DNA of 64,000 nt from Felis catus. Its lineage: Eukaryota. The stretch covers positions 14,014,001 to 14,078,000 of the forward strand of contig NC_058368.1 in the NCBI RefSeq assembly GCF_018350175.1, written 5' to 3'. The notes beneath the pieces are model-generated. The model was not told where the DNA came from, ran no database searches, and worked only from the letters and a program-made list of their open reading frames with translations. Every line of letters starts with the position of its first letter. Positions within the stretch are counted from its first letter, which is position 1. Positions 1-13,430 of the stretch are shown piece by piece. A program made the position numbers and the translations under genes.

Positions 1-3000
1 GTCTGGTAGAATTTCCCTGGGAAGCCATCTGGCCCAGGACTTATTTATTGGGAGATTTTTGATAACTGATTCATTACCTTTGCTGGTTATGGGTCTGTTC
101 AAACTTTCTATTTCTTTCTGTTTGAGTTTGGTAGTGTTTGGGTGTCTAGGAATTTGTCCATTTCTTCCAGGTTGTCCAGTTTGTTGGCATATAATTTTTC
201 ATAGTATTCTTTAATAATTGTTTGTATTTCTGTGGTGTTGTGATCTTTCATTCGTGATTTTATCTATTTGGGTTCTCTGTTTTCTTTTTGAGAAGTTTGG
301 CTAGGGGTTTATCAATTTTGTTTATTTTCTCAAAAAACTAGCTCTTAGATTCATCGATATGTTTTACCATTTTTTTGGACTCTATATTGTTTATTTCTGC
401 TCTGATCTTTACTACTTCTCTTTTTCTGCTGGCTTTGGGGTTTCTTTGCTCTTCTGCTTCTAGTTCCTTTAGTTGTATGTTTAGGTTTTGTATTTAGGAT
501 TTTTCTTTTTTCTTGAGATACACTTGGATTGCAGTGTATTTTCCTCTTATGACTGCCTTTGCTGCATCCCAAAGGCTTTGGACTCTTGTGTTTTCATTTA
601 CATTTGCTTCCATGTATTTTTAAATTTCTTCCTTAATTGCCTGCTTGACCCATTCATTCTTTAGTAGAATGTTCTTTACCTCCATGCATTTGGAGACTTT
701 ACAAATTTTTTCTTATGGTTGATTTCAACTTTCGTAGCATTGTGGTCTGAAAATATGCATGGTATGATCTCAGTTCTTTTAGTTTATTGAGGCTGTTTCA
801 TGACCCAGTATGTGATCTATCTTGGAGAATGTTCCATGTGCACTCGAGGAGAATGTGTATTCTGCTGCTTTTGGATATGTTCTGAATATATCTGCCAAGT
901 CCATCTGGTTCAGTGTATAATTCAAAGCCATGATTTCTTTATTAATTTTCTGCCTAGATGATCTGTTCATTATTGTTAGTGTATATTAAAGCCCCCTGCA
1001 ATTACTGTATTCTTATCAATAAGATTGCTTATGTTTGTGATTAACTGATTTATATATTTGGGTGCCTTCATGTTGGGGGCGTAAACATTTATAATTGTTA
1101 GCTCTTCTTGATAGATAGACCCCATAATTATGATATAATGCCCTTCTTCATCTCTTGTTACAGTCTTTAGTTTAAAATTTAGTTTGTCTGATATAAGTAT
1201 GGCTACTCCAGCTTTCTTTTGACTTCTAGTAGTGTGATAGATGGTTCTCTATCCCCTCTCTTCAAGTCTAAAATGAGTCTCTTGTAGACAGCATATAGAT
1301 GGATCTAATTTGTTTACCTATTCTGATACCCTATGTCTTTTGATTGGGGCATTTAGTCCATTTACATTTAGAGTTATTATTAAAAGATATGGATTTAGTG
1401 TCATTGTTACCTGTAGGTTTCATGCTTGTGGTAATGTCTCTGGTCCTTTGTAGTCTTTGCGACGTTCAGGAGTCATGAACTCCTTCAGTTTTTGTTTGTC
1501 TTGGAAAGACCTTATCTCTCCTTCTATTCTGAATGACAGCCTTGCTGGATAAAGGATTCTTGGCTGCGTATTTTTTCTATTCAGCACTTTGAATATTTCC
1601 TGCCACTGCCTTCTGGCCTGCCAAGTTTCACTAGACAGGTTTGCTACTACCTTTATGTGTCTGCTCTTGTAGATTAAAGCCTATTTGTCCCTACTTGCTT
1701 TCGGAATTCTCTATCTTTGTATTTTGCCGGTTTCACTATGATAATGCCATGGCAAAGACCTATTCTTGTTGAATCTGAAGGGAGTTCTCTGTGCCTTCTG
1801 GATTTGGATGTCTGCTTCCTTACCCAGATTAGGAAAATTGTTAGCTATAACTTGTTCATGTAAACCTTCTGCCCCTTTCTCTCTCTCTTCTTGTGGAACT
1901 CCTATGATATGGATATTATTAAATTTCATTGAATCACTTAGTTCTCTAATTCTCCCCTTATTGTCTAGTATTTTCTTATCTCTCTTTTTCTCGGCTTCGT
2001 CATTTTCCGTAATTTTGTCTTCTATTTCACTTATTCTCTTCTCTGCTTCCTCCATCCTTGCTGTCACCACCTCTAGTTTATTTTGCACAACATTTTCTTA
2101 ACTCATCGTGACTATTTCTTAGTTCCTTGATCTCTGTAGCAGTAGATTCTCTGCTGTCTTCTAAGCTTTTTTTCAAGCCTAGCTATTAATCTTATGACAA
2201 TTATTCTTTCTTGATCAGATATATTGTTTATATCTGTTTTGAGCAATTCTCTAGCTGTCATTTCTTCCTGGAATTTCTTTTGAGGAGAATTCTTCGTTTT
2301 CATCATTTTGGCTAGTTTTCTGTCCCTTATGTGTTTTAATAGCTTATTACATGTCCTGCACCGGCGAGCACTACTATATTAAAAAGGGGTCATACACTGT
2401 CCAGGGTCTGGCCCTTCAGGATGTGTTTTGGAGTCTCTCTCTTCAGAGAGAGAGAGAGAGAGGAAAATAAGAAGGAGATATAGAGGAAGTATAAAAAGAA
2501 TAGATTAAAAATGTTTGGTTAAACAAACCAACAACCAGAATAGAGAAGGGAAGAAAGAAGAGGAAGAAAGGGAAGGAAAAATATTACATATATGTTATAT
2601 ATAAAATAAGAGTTGACCAAGAATCAAATCAGAAAATGCAAAACTGCTAGACCAATATCTGACGGTGCCTTGGAACTGGTGACTCTACTGGTCTGCAGGA
2701 GGGGCCATCTGGTTCTGTCATTGTCAATCTTGTTCTGGTAGATACTCAGCTACCAAGCAAAGAGGGGAGTGGTTTGGTATAGGCGGGTCCAGCCTCCACA
2801 GTGGGCCTGTTTTCTGTTCTCTGAAGCCCCACCTTTTTGGTGATGGGGAGAAAAATATTGGCACCCCAGTCTCTCCTCCCCAGACCAGATGACCCAAACC
2901 ACTGTGTTCAGGCTATTCTCACAGTGCGGCACCTGCACGAGTGGCCCGTGTGTCCAGTTTGTCCCGTTCCACAGCTTCCTGTGCCTCCCAGGCACTTGGC

Positions 3001-3637
3001 TGGGATTCAGACTGGCCCTGAATTTAAAGGATCCTGCTCCAATGCCCCAGTTCCAGTGTAGTGCCATTTTGCCCAGCCAGCAGACAGAGGGCCTCTGGCT
3101 GGTGGCTGTCTGCAGGATCTTTTGTCCGTGGAGCTGCTATATACCTTCTTACCACAGCACCCAAGGGAGACGACTGCTCTCTCTGACTGCCGTCTGAGCT
3201 AGCTACCCAGCCTGGGGCTGGCTCCTCCTCCCCATCAGGAGAGTGTACAGTGTGTCTGCTCCCAGTCCAGAGAGAGTCCTGCAATTCTGGATTGTGTTAG
3301 AAATTGGTTCTTTCTCCTTTTTTCCCGCTACCCAGTCTGTGGGTTTTCTCTTGTTCAAATACAATCCTACACTTCCACACCCTCTCTTTCTCTTCCTTTT
3401 GTCTATCCACAGAAGGGGATCCCTCTCCTCTCTGCCTACGCCGTGTGTTTTATCTCTCCCAATTCATAATCATGCACCTATGGCCTACCAATTTGTCACC
3501 AAGGGCCCCTTGAGATGTTTCTGTCACTCTGTAGCTGAGATTCCTGAAATTCTAAGTCTCCTGACCTCAGTACTGCTGTGTTTGAGGGATAAGGGAACTT
3601 TGGGTCCCCCTACTTCTCCACCATGTTGACTCCTCTC
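1..3637 (-). mobile_element. Carnivore LINE-1, 5' part (5'UTR, broken ORF1, start of ORF2 endonuclease); continues beyond window start
   Basis: Minus-strand ORF fragments 2112-2306 and 1711-2088 are L1 ORF1p-like (EEAEKRISEIED, NNIHIIGVP). Fragment 779-970 is ORF2 EN-like (YTFSSSAHGTFSKIDHILGH). The 5' end reads GAGAGGAGTCAACATGGTGGAG. Multiple frameshifts and stops. Confidence 0.93.
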
Positions 3638-4084
3638 AAAGAAGACTTTAAAAAAAATCTTTTTTAATTGTAATTGTCACCTATTCTTTAGTACAAGAGG
3701 GACTGAAATATAATCTTTATTTTAAACCAGAACATATTTTAAGCCCAGCTGTTGCCTCTAGATTGGGAGGTGTGAATCTGTGAGTTATATAAACAGATTA
3801 CATTTTAAATCTCTGGGGTGGCAGATAAAGTTCTGCATTCCATTTAATGGAGAACAGAAAGCAAGATCTGATCCCAAATACTGCAATTGGGTTAGCTTAT
3901 TTCTAATATCAAAATATGTAAATGTGCTTACATTTAAAGGACAAAAAGTATCATCCTTCCATAGCTACTTACGTACAAATTTTCATTTATTCATGCTGCT
4001 CTTCCCTTTGCATGTGCCTAATTCAATGGTTTGCATCCAGGTCCCAGTAAGGAAGGCTCTCTGGATACGAGTTTAGAAGTGCAA

Positions 4085-4375
4085 AATGGGCTGAATTTGA
4101 CCTGACATGTTTGGTCTGCCCAGTGTTTTTAAATATTTGCATTAAATTACAAATTAGGTGATTTTATATTTATGTAAAAGTCCAGAGTTCATGTTCCTTT
4201 TGAAAAATATTGAGGAACTGGCAACATGGTACAATAATTGACTTGAGCTGAACATTGAGGAACACTTTTAGACAGGACATGTACTTTTGTAGTCTGAAGA
4301 AACCCCCACTTGACCTGCTTCATTTATGCCTGTGTCTGTTCACCTCCTACAAGAATGTGAGTTTGGAACGTTTGG
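4085..4375. mobile_element. Ancient hAT DNA transposon relic (MER102-like, tentative)
   Basis: Motifs 'ttgaaaaatattgaggaactggcaacatgg' and 'tgtgagtttggaac' resemble the recalled consensus. Confidence 0.35.
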
Positions 4376-4692
4376 TTTAATCTTACTGTAACAGTAACCA
4401 ATCGAGCCACATTGGTTAAATGATATCTTTGACACCAAATAAAGGTCTAGAGATAATTAGTGGTAGAGCCTAGATTATAATATAGGTCACTTCACTTTTA
4501 ATCCATTGATACTGGTACCATCTATTCCAGATCTTAATTTTTCTAACATTCAGTTTTCATAGTTGTTAGGTTGAAAATAATAAAAATACTGATATAATGT
4601 AATTGTTGCAAAGGTGAAATATTACTTGGATTGTCATTGTCAGGTTTATATCTTTAGCGAAATTTTAACCATTTCTACCAATACTTTTTTTT

Positions 4693-4903
4693 TTTTTTTT
4701 CAACGTTTATTTATTTTTGGGACAGAGAGAGACAGAGCATGAACGGGGGAGGGGCAGAGAGAGAGGGAGACACAGAATCGGAAACAGGCTCCAGGCTCTG
4801 AGCCATCAGCCCAGAGCCTGACGCGGGGCTCGAACTCACGGACCGCGAGATCGTGACCTGGCTGAAGTCGGACGCTTAACCGACTGCGCTACCCAGGCGC
4901 CCC
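4693..4903 (-). mobile_element. Young felid SINEC_Fc
   Basis: Full tRNA-derived head GGGGCGCCTGGGT, CT-rich tract, poly-A, CpGs intact; perfect 15-bp TSD CCAATACTTTTTTTT (4678-4692, 4904-4918). Confidence 0.96.
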
Positions 4904-4963
4904 CCAATACTTTTTTTTATTACAGCTAGTACATCTTTATTATTTCTGTATTCTGTATATGAA

Positions 4964-5105
4964 GTGGTGACACTTATATATGCACAGTGGTGCATTTATG
5001 GTGACTTTATATATGCACAGTGGTGACTTTATATATGCACAGTGTTTATATATGCAAAGTGGTGACTTTATATATGCAAAGTGGTGACTTTATATATGCA
5101 CAGTG
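4964..5105. repeat. Minisatellite, ~22-bp unit GTGGTGACTTTATATATGCA(C/A)A, ~6 imperfect copies
   Basis: Read directly from the sequence. Confidence 0.9.
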
Positions 5106-5712
5106 TTTTTTAAATATTTGCATTAAATTACAAATTTGCAAATAAAGTACAAATTAAAATTCATATATATATGAACTTCTGGGTTTAACATGACTTTCTA
5201 ATGCTTTTGTAGAGTGGTATTGTTATTCAGTATGTTGCTATACTTAAGACCTAAATATTTCTACACATAAATATTCTTCATAGTCTTAAATGATACTCAT
5301 TTTTCTATATGAGTAATTGATGTCCCAGGTACTGTATACTCATGTAAATACTTGTGAATGTGTTAACAAGAAACATTAAATTTATGTCATGAAGTATTAA
5401 ATCAAACTCCCTTTATATTTAATAACATCTGAATGTACATTTTTTTCTAATAAAATTATTTTGTAGATAATCAAAACAACAATAAAAATGAGAATATGAA
5501 GATCTGAGTGTGTTTATTAGCATGCTGAGTACAATTTAACTCCTAGAACTGAAGTGAGCTAACAAAATAATATAATACCATTGACTAATACCTGACACAT
5601 GGAAGGGTCAAAACAAATTGTTTATTATCTTAAATACTTCTGTGCTTTAAGACTTTAGAGTTTTCTTATGTTACATTTAAAAAGAGAATTTAATTTAGTT
5701 TTATTTTTTCAG

Positions 5713-5910
5713 AGTACCTTCAAATTTAAATCTGAGAGTGACATTCATTTGGCAGAACATCATAAACAGGTTCTGTATGATGGGAAACTTGCAAGTAGCA
5801 TTGCATTTACATATAATGCTAAGGCCACTGATGCGCAGCTATGCCTGGAATCATCACCAAAGGAAAATGCATCAATTTTTGTGCATTCCCCACATGCCCT
5901 AATGCTCCAG
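5713..5910 (+). CDS. NBEA: NBEA coding exon (198 nt, phase 0-0; ~human exon 9)
   Basis: ttttttcag|AGTACC...CTCCAG|gtaggt; [66 protein letters not shown]. Confidence 0.97.
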
Positions 5911-6544
5911 GTAGGTGCATAGTAGCTTAGTTTCCATATTTTCATTGAGTATTAACAGTATCTATTTTACGTATTAAATATTACCAACCTATAGGTCTAC
6001 AATTGGTATGTTTTTTTTTTTTCATCTTCTAGTTCTTTGCATGACATTTTTGCTTTCTACCTTATTTTTTTATTTTAATTTTTTGGCAATATACATTACC
6101 TTGGACTAGTCAGTCTCCTTAGTAGGGAATCTGTCATTTCTGTTATCTGTTATATATCCTTTGGAAAAAAAATCCTTTGATTAGCTGAACAGATAGCTGT
6201 TAGACACAAATATATACATTGCTTTAAGGATGTACTAATATAACTCCCCCACATAAAAATTACTTGAATGTCTTTAAATCTTCTGATAGTATTTCTTATT
6301 CTAAATTATTTTTCCATTTATAGCTTCATATTTCAGTATAAAAATCTCAACGTAAGTTTCAGATTTAAAGTGGTTGGCAAAGATATTTCAAGTTTTTATT
6401 TTATATGTGTATCAAAAATTATATAACTGAGGGCTTTAAAATGTCAATATTTTTGAAATTCTTTTTACGAAGTTATTTGGAACAAGGAAATAATGATAAC
6501 TTATGCCTCAGAAATTTAATACACATTTTTGTTTTTGAACATAG

Positions 6545-6678
6545 GATGTGAAAGCTATAGTAACACATTCAATTCATAGTGCAATTCATTCAATTGGAGG
6601 GATTCAAGTGCTTTTTCCACTTTTTGCCCAACTGGACAATCGTCAGCTCAATGACAGTCAAGTGGAAACAACTGTCTG
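6545..6678 (+). CDS. NBEA: NBEA coding exon (134 nt, phase 0-2; ~exon 10)
   Basis: aacatag|GATGTG...GTCTG|gtaagt; [44 protein letters not shown](C). Confidence 0.97.
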
Positions 6679-9354
6679 GTAAGTTTTCTTTGAATGTGTA
6701 ATTTGTACACACTTAGATAATGCCTGACATCCTTGGTGCTGTGTAAATGTGTTGTAAAATTTGGTTTTTATCCCTGACATGCTAATAAAAGCTCCTTTAG
6801 GACTAAGGCAGATACAAATTTACACATTATTAAGACTTGACACAATCATAAAGGAATGACTTCCTTGATAATAAATGAAAACATCTTACTAGATGTAGCA
6901 TAGTGATTATAATACAAGTTGAGGAAAAATGGTAGTCCCAACCTTATCCTTTGGAAATGCTTATGGTTTGGATCATCCGTGAAATCCTGTCGGCTTTAAA
7001 AAAATTACTAGGGTAAAGTTTATTCTGAAGAATACTATTTGATAACAGTTGTATAACTTACATGTTAGTATTATTTTATAATGATATTATCAAAAGACCA
7101 GCAAATATTAAAAGATATTAGCTTTCCTTTAAATACAGTTCCTGTATGAGAACCCAGATATACCCAAGGTATATCTGTGTTTATATAATTCAGTTATTTT
7201 CTGATTAGGTTGATTTTATGTGTAATTTTTGTAGTTTCCTTCCTTTTTATTAAATATACCTCATGCATAAAATTTTATATTTTTTATATTTAATTTTATA
7301 TCTTAGAATCATTTATGTAAGTAGTTAAATGTGAGTTTTAAGAATGATTTTTACTGTGTACATTGCTATGTTTGGAGAATTTAAAGAGAAAATTGTATAG
7401 GGAAACATTCATTTTTACTCCAAAAGCAATATAGGAATGCTTCACTAGTATGTACACATATGAATGAAAGTCTTCCAATTTTGAATTGTTGGAAAACCTA
7501 GTGAATGAAGCAAACAAAGGTGGGAAAAATTTCAAGTCCGTTGAAGTGTAACATGATTTTCTCATATTTATTATCTAAATAAGTTATTAACAAAATTCTA
7601 TTTTAATATTGCTAATAATATTATCCCTGTATTGAGACCATCTTTATGTAAAGTATAAATATGAATATAAATGTGACCTGTACATTTACAACACTGAGCT
7701 CCATGGGTCATGCTTTCTTTTATATCAGTGTAAAGGTTGAAGTCTTGAAGTTAAAAGGAATCTCGAGATCATACCCTGCTGTGATACTACTTTGCTACAA
7801 GATCTTAAGTAATTTCATTGGGCGGCATATCAGCCTAGTGGAAAAATAAAACTTTAAATTTCCATCCTGGATCTAAATTCAAAATGTTTTGCTCTTTATC
7901 ATCCAAGTGAACCAGTATACATTGTAATCAGTAATTAAAAACTTAGTGCTATGAGAAGAAATTGGCAGAGGAAGTAGCCAGTAGAAAATTCCCATGTGTA
8001 ATTTAAATATTCCTTATGAATTAATATTGTCCATAGTTATTCTAACCTGAAATGGAATTTGTTGCTTTGCGAATAAAATTAGAAAGATTATGGAGTTTGA
8101 AATGTTATAACTAAAACAAACTATCACAGTAATTTATGTCTACATGAATAGCTATTATAAAATCTTAGTGCTAAGATCATATTTTAACAGGTTATCTGGT
8201 CCATTCATCCAAGGCACATGGTTATTTTTCATTGCCTGTCTTCAAAACTCATTTTGATATTTACACTATATTTTGGTATCTTAAACTGTATTTATTTCAT
8301 CATGGAGATAGAAGACAATGTAAACAGTCAGCATTCTGATTTTCATTTTTATTTGTTTTTAGTTCTTTTATGTCACTCATCTTAACTTTTCTCTGTAATA
8401 AATAACTTCAACTTTTGCAATGATATATATGTTCTTCTTAGTTTAAATCCAACAGAAAACATATAATAAGAAAAGTATCACTATCCTCTTTAGTAATCAT
8501 ACATACCCAATTCCAAGCTACCCTGCAGTTAATTCAGTTATGTGCTATTTTGAATTCTTATCTAATACTTTTACATTAATTGTGTCCAAGCCCTTGATGT
8601 TTGAGGTTGGCTCTTTTGTGGACAACTGTATCTATCAGCAGTATAGTCTTTTGTTATTTAAAATTTTGAAAGGGGGGGGCATTATAGATAAGTGTGCACA
8701 TCAGTGATATAGTCTTTCAGTGATATAGTCTTTCTAACATTTAAAATGTTAAAGTTGTTAAATGGACTTCTCCCTCTACTTGAAGAACATAGATTCTTAG
8801 CTGTAGGACAAGGGTTGGTAGAATTTCTTGTTTCCTGGCTATATCCTAAACTCATATAGATGAATGAGACCTTGAAATAGGGTATACCATCTTATTTTTA
8901 GTTATTATTGAATTATTCTAAATCAATGAGAATCTATTTAAAGTTTTTAAATTTCCAGAGAAAATTAGATACACTCTTTTCTGAAAATCCGTTTGCATAA
9001 TAAGCATATGCCAACAATTGTAATATTATCTAATTCTTTATTACTTTCTGGAACAATTGAGCTAAGCTATAAAGTTAGTTACTTCTCTGTCTTCTGTGTT
9101 TCAAGCTGAAGTATTTAGTTTCCATGTACTTTCGTCTACTTAGCAGTCCATTTTTATGAAACTTTGTATTGTTTCTGCAAGCTTTACCTCTCTGTTGGCA
9201 CTGTTACACTGTCCTTACAAATCTTGATGAGTTTTATTCTATATAAGAGGCTTTGTATTAAAATGATTTATTGACATAATTATCTTATTTTTTGGAGCCT
9301 TTAAAGGTAGGCTTTGTGAGAATTTTTGTGGCTTTGTTTTATCATGAAAGCTAT

Positions 9355-9560
9355 GTATTATAGTTGTTATATGTGTGGACTTTAAAGTCAGACAGACTTG
9401 GGTTCAAATGCTAAGTTTACTGTATTACTAGTACACCTTTGTTAACAATTTTGTGCTTCAGCTTCCACCATTATAAAATGTAGTAATAATAGCTCATTGG
9501 ATTCTTTAGATTAAATGTGATAAAACACATAGATCGATGTAGTAAACAGTACATGCTGGG
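9355..9560 (+). mobile_element. MIR SINE relic
   Basis: 'gtcagacagacttgggttcaaat...gtgcttcagcttcc...tataaaatg...gattaaatgtgataa' is the MIR core. Confidence 0.7.
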
Positions 9561-10739
9561 TTTTGTTATCCTGATGACATTGGGCTAGGCGATCTGTAAG
9601 ATTATCTCTAATACTACAGTTTTATATTTAAAAAATGATATATTATTAATCTTGGAAGTTGGTTGTTATAATACAGTCTGTATTACTTTGTATTTGAACT
9701 TCTTTCTACCAGTGATATAGTATTTACAATAGAGAATTACTGAAGTAATGAAGTAGGACTTATATTTTGAACTTTAGTTGTAGTGATGAAAACTGGTTTT
9801 GAACTATCCATTGTCTAGATATAGTGGCTTAAATAGAGGATGTGTTAACTCAAGTTTTGAAGCCAAACACCAAGTCAAAGAAAGCCTGGAAGGGTTTTAG
9901 ATGTGTTTTCTGTAACTAGTTTTTGGATTTTGTATAGCTGCCCCTTTAGTATTTAAATCTCCAGGAATAACACTTCCTATCGCCTTCTCTTTTAACCTGT
10001 AATTTTAGCTTTTATTATGGCACAAAAAAATTAACCAACAAAATGAATAGATAATATTCAATAGGTAATAATTCAATAATATTGTTGAATTGAGTTAAAT
10101 AGCTTGTGGCAACACAAACAGTATATTTGATGTTACCTGTTTTTGAATAAGTAAATTAGGCCAGTATGTAATTACCATTGTGATTTCATTCTATTCATAA
10201 TGATTCTCAAGCACTGTGATCACCTTGATTAATTCTGTCAAGTGATCAAAGCTATTTGGATGTTTTGTCATTTCTCAGCAACTAATACTATTTTGCATTG
10301 GATGTGTCAGTCTTAGTCCAGTGAATATTGAAAGCAATGACTAAACAAATTGCCTTCCATTAGACATTTAATAGTCAATAACATAAAGAATAAATAAATG
10401 ATTAACAAATTATTTCAAGAAAGTATAACTCCAATCTTGAAGTAATGATGTTTTTTTTATTTTATGTCTAAGAATGACTCAGTACATTAGAAATTTCATT
10501 TTCCTTTGACTTGGATGATCAGATACATTGACTGTACATGACATTCTTTCTCATTTGGCTCAGTCTCCTTTTTTCAAGAGCGTATGTTATTAAATTCTGT
10601 AGGTGATATAAAACAAATCTTCCTTATTGTGTGTTGTGGGAAGAATTTGCTTTAGAAAATGTTTTCCAGTGCAAGGTATAAATAGACTTTTGTATATCAA
10701 GCAATTAAAAATACACTAAGGAAGAAATTCTCATTAGAG

Positions 10740-11180
10740 ACAGTGTGATGCAGTAAGCAGGACTTCCTTTGGTGTCAGACAGATTAAGACTCACACCAGT
10801 GTTGTGTTATGCACTTTCTGATTTTAGGTGACGGGTTGTTCAAGGATGTGTAGTACTAGTTGTACATGGCATGTACTGAGTACTTAACTATGTGCCAGCC
10901 TCTGTAACTACTTTTCTGCTGATGAGGGAGAGAAAAACCGAGTAACTTCCTCAAGGCACGAGATTTAAGTGGCAGATTAGAACCAGGATCCGAATCCTGA
11001 AAGCCTGATTCCAGAGCCCTCCCTCTAAACCAATGTGGGCAACTCTGAGAATCACTTTTGCCAGCTGTGGTATGATTTTCATAATGCCAACTTTATCTGA
11101 GTATAAAATGAACTAAACTAAGATAGTACGTGTTGAAATATCTACCATATTATCTGGTACATAATAGGCATTGAATGTGT
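10740..11180. mobile_element. MIR relics (minus-strand piece ~10870-11032 within a plus-strand piece)
   Basis: 'actgagtacttaactatgtgccag', 'gtaacttcctcaagg...gcctgattccagagcc'. Confidence 0.55.
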
Positions 11181-12059
11181 TTTCTCTCTTTCCTCTGTAA
11201 ATATTAGATCACTATTGATGTGATATAATTTTGTATTACTAAATTTTATTTTTAATGCGATTTTAATTCCGAAAAATTTTATAAGCTAAAATTCAATTTC
11301 AAGTGATAGTTTCAATGAATTCTTTTAAGTATATAAATATTTTTTTCCGAGAAAAGTGTTCTTTTTGATTTTAGTTATGATATAAGCTGTTTGGTAGACT
11401 GCTTGATGGAATATAAGATATAAAAAAGATTTAGAGAATCCCATAAGGCATTTATGTCTGTGACCTATCATTAAGAATCTTCTTGTAACGTGAATGTTAA
11501 GAACTCATCAATTTGTTTAGTGAATTTAAATGAAGTTTTTTTTTTCTTAAAATGTATCTTGCTCATCAGTTCTTCCAATGATTATCTTGAATTTTATAGT
11601 CCCCTTAATAATTAAGAATTTGCCTTAATTAAAAATTTCATTGTAAATTCCTGACTGGCACTATTGTCATATGTAAACCAACAAAGTTGCCTGGAAATTG
11701 CAGTATTTCAGTCACTTACTTAGCTCAACAGATTTTTTCCTTAGACTTTGAAGTGACATAAAAGACCTTTTTCCAATCACACTTTCTGATTGTAAGTTGA
11801 GGGAAAGTTACCTACTATACAATGTCAAAATTCTTTTAAATACTTTTAACCCAGCTGACAAATAAATGAAAAGGGATTGGTTTAGGTAGGCAAAATAAGT
11901 GAGACATCTGTTTATAATGATTATCTCTCTTGTGAAGGTTATTGTACATATGTATGGAATATAGTATTTTGGTTTCCATGAGTACTTAGATATTTTAAAA
12001 TACATACCTACCAATTATATTCCCTTTATATTTTTTTGGAAAGAATGTATGTCTGTCAC

Positions 12060-12063
<4 letters not shown>

Positions 12064-12150
<87 letters not shown>
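12064..12150. repeat. Compound microsatellite (TG)~22(TA)~21
   Basis: Perfect dinucleotide arrays. Confidence 0.98.
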
Positions 12151-12152
<2 letters not shown>

Positions 12153-13124
12153 TAGTTTGCCTTATTTTAGTTTACTAAATTATTAATGAAAAACTCTTTG
12201 AAGTAAAATAGACACAAAGTGTATTTGGGTTAGTATTACTACTATTAGAGGAGAAAAAAGCAGATAATTATTTAGTGAGATTTAGCTAAATAAAATGGAA
12301 TTTATATTGCATTTACTGTGAAAATTAATTTTTAAGGAGTAAAAATAAAATACATTAAGTATTCTGCCTAAAACATAGGGAAATTATAATTTAATGTTCA
12401 AATAGCCTCCTTTTGTCAGACAAGTCCTTTTTACTCTGTGGAGTCTTTACAGGAGATATCTAATAATAAAACTTCCAGTACATGTAGAAATTTAATAACT
12501 TTGTCAGCTGTCAACAACAAAGGATATTTTGTTTTACTCTTGATTTATGATTTATGGTTCATTGACTTTTCACATAAGCTGGTGTCTTAGTAGTCCATTT
12601 TAAAGTGTTTTTTACAATAAGTGATTACTTTTTCACAATAATTCTTTCATGAAAAGTTTCTTTTAAATCTAGTGAAATCCATTTTTAATGCTATGTTACT
12701 TTGTGCTATTTCAGTGTATAGCACATAATTTGCTCTGGAAAAGGCAAGGCTTTTGCTGTATCTTTGACCCCCCCCCCAAAAAGGATAGTTGTTTTGTCAA
12801 AGGGATAACTACAAATTATTTGTTGCAGAAATTTTGACAACATGAGCACATCTTCAGTGAATTATTGCGTTAATTTTCCTTTAGTTTGTATATCCACATC
12901 CATTCTCCTTTGATATTTCAGTCTTGTAACAATTTTGTTATTTTTCACATGAAATAGAATTTATTTCCTTTAACTTTCCTTTTACATTCTTTTTGAAAGT
13001 AAGAAAAATTGCTTCATTCATTTTGATTGTATGGTAATCATAGAATCTAAAACTAAAATAGATATTATTTGCTTTTATAAAAACTATTGCCATATGCTAG
13101 GCTGTTACCTTCAGAAGCCCAAGT

Positions 13125-13174
13125 TTCTTTTTTTCTTTCTCTTTCTTTCTCTTCTTTCTTTTTCTTTCTCTTTT

Positions 13175-13238
<64 letters not shown>

Positions 13239-13430
13239 TCAAATGTTTATTTATTTTGAAAGAAGGAGCTCTCGCATGAGCTGGGGAGGGGCGGTGAGAG
13301 AGGGAGAGAGAGGATCTCTGCACTGTCAGTGCAGAACCTGATACAGGCTCAGTCTCATGAACCATGAGATCATGACTTAAGCCGAAATCAAGAAGTGGAC
13401 CGTTAACTCACTGAGCCACCCAGGTGCCCC
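13125..13430 (-). mobile_element. SINEC with expanded (TTTC)n tail
   Basis: SINEC head at 13430; (TTTC)n ~13130-13240; TSD core AGAAGCCC. Confidence 0.92.

Noticed and set aside
3243..3629. 128-aa ORF antisense in the L1 5'UTR (ORF0-like)
   Set aside because: Non-ATG start, pyrimidine-rich sequence that disfavours stops, and ORF0 is described for primate L1
4964..5105. CRISPR-like array
   Set aside because: Tandem units without unique spacers, in mammalian DNA
8702..8733. 16-bp tandem duplication CAGTGATATAGTCTTT
   Set aside because: Ordinary slippage with two copies and no further structure
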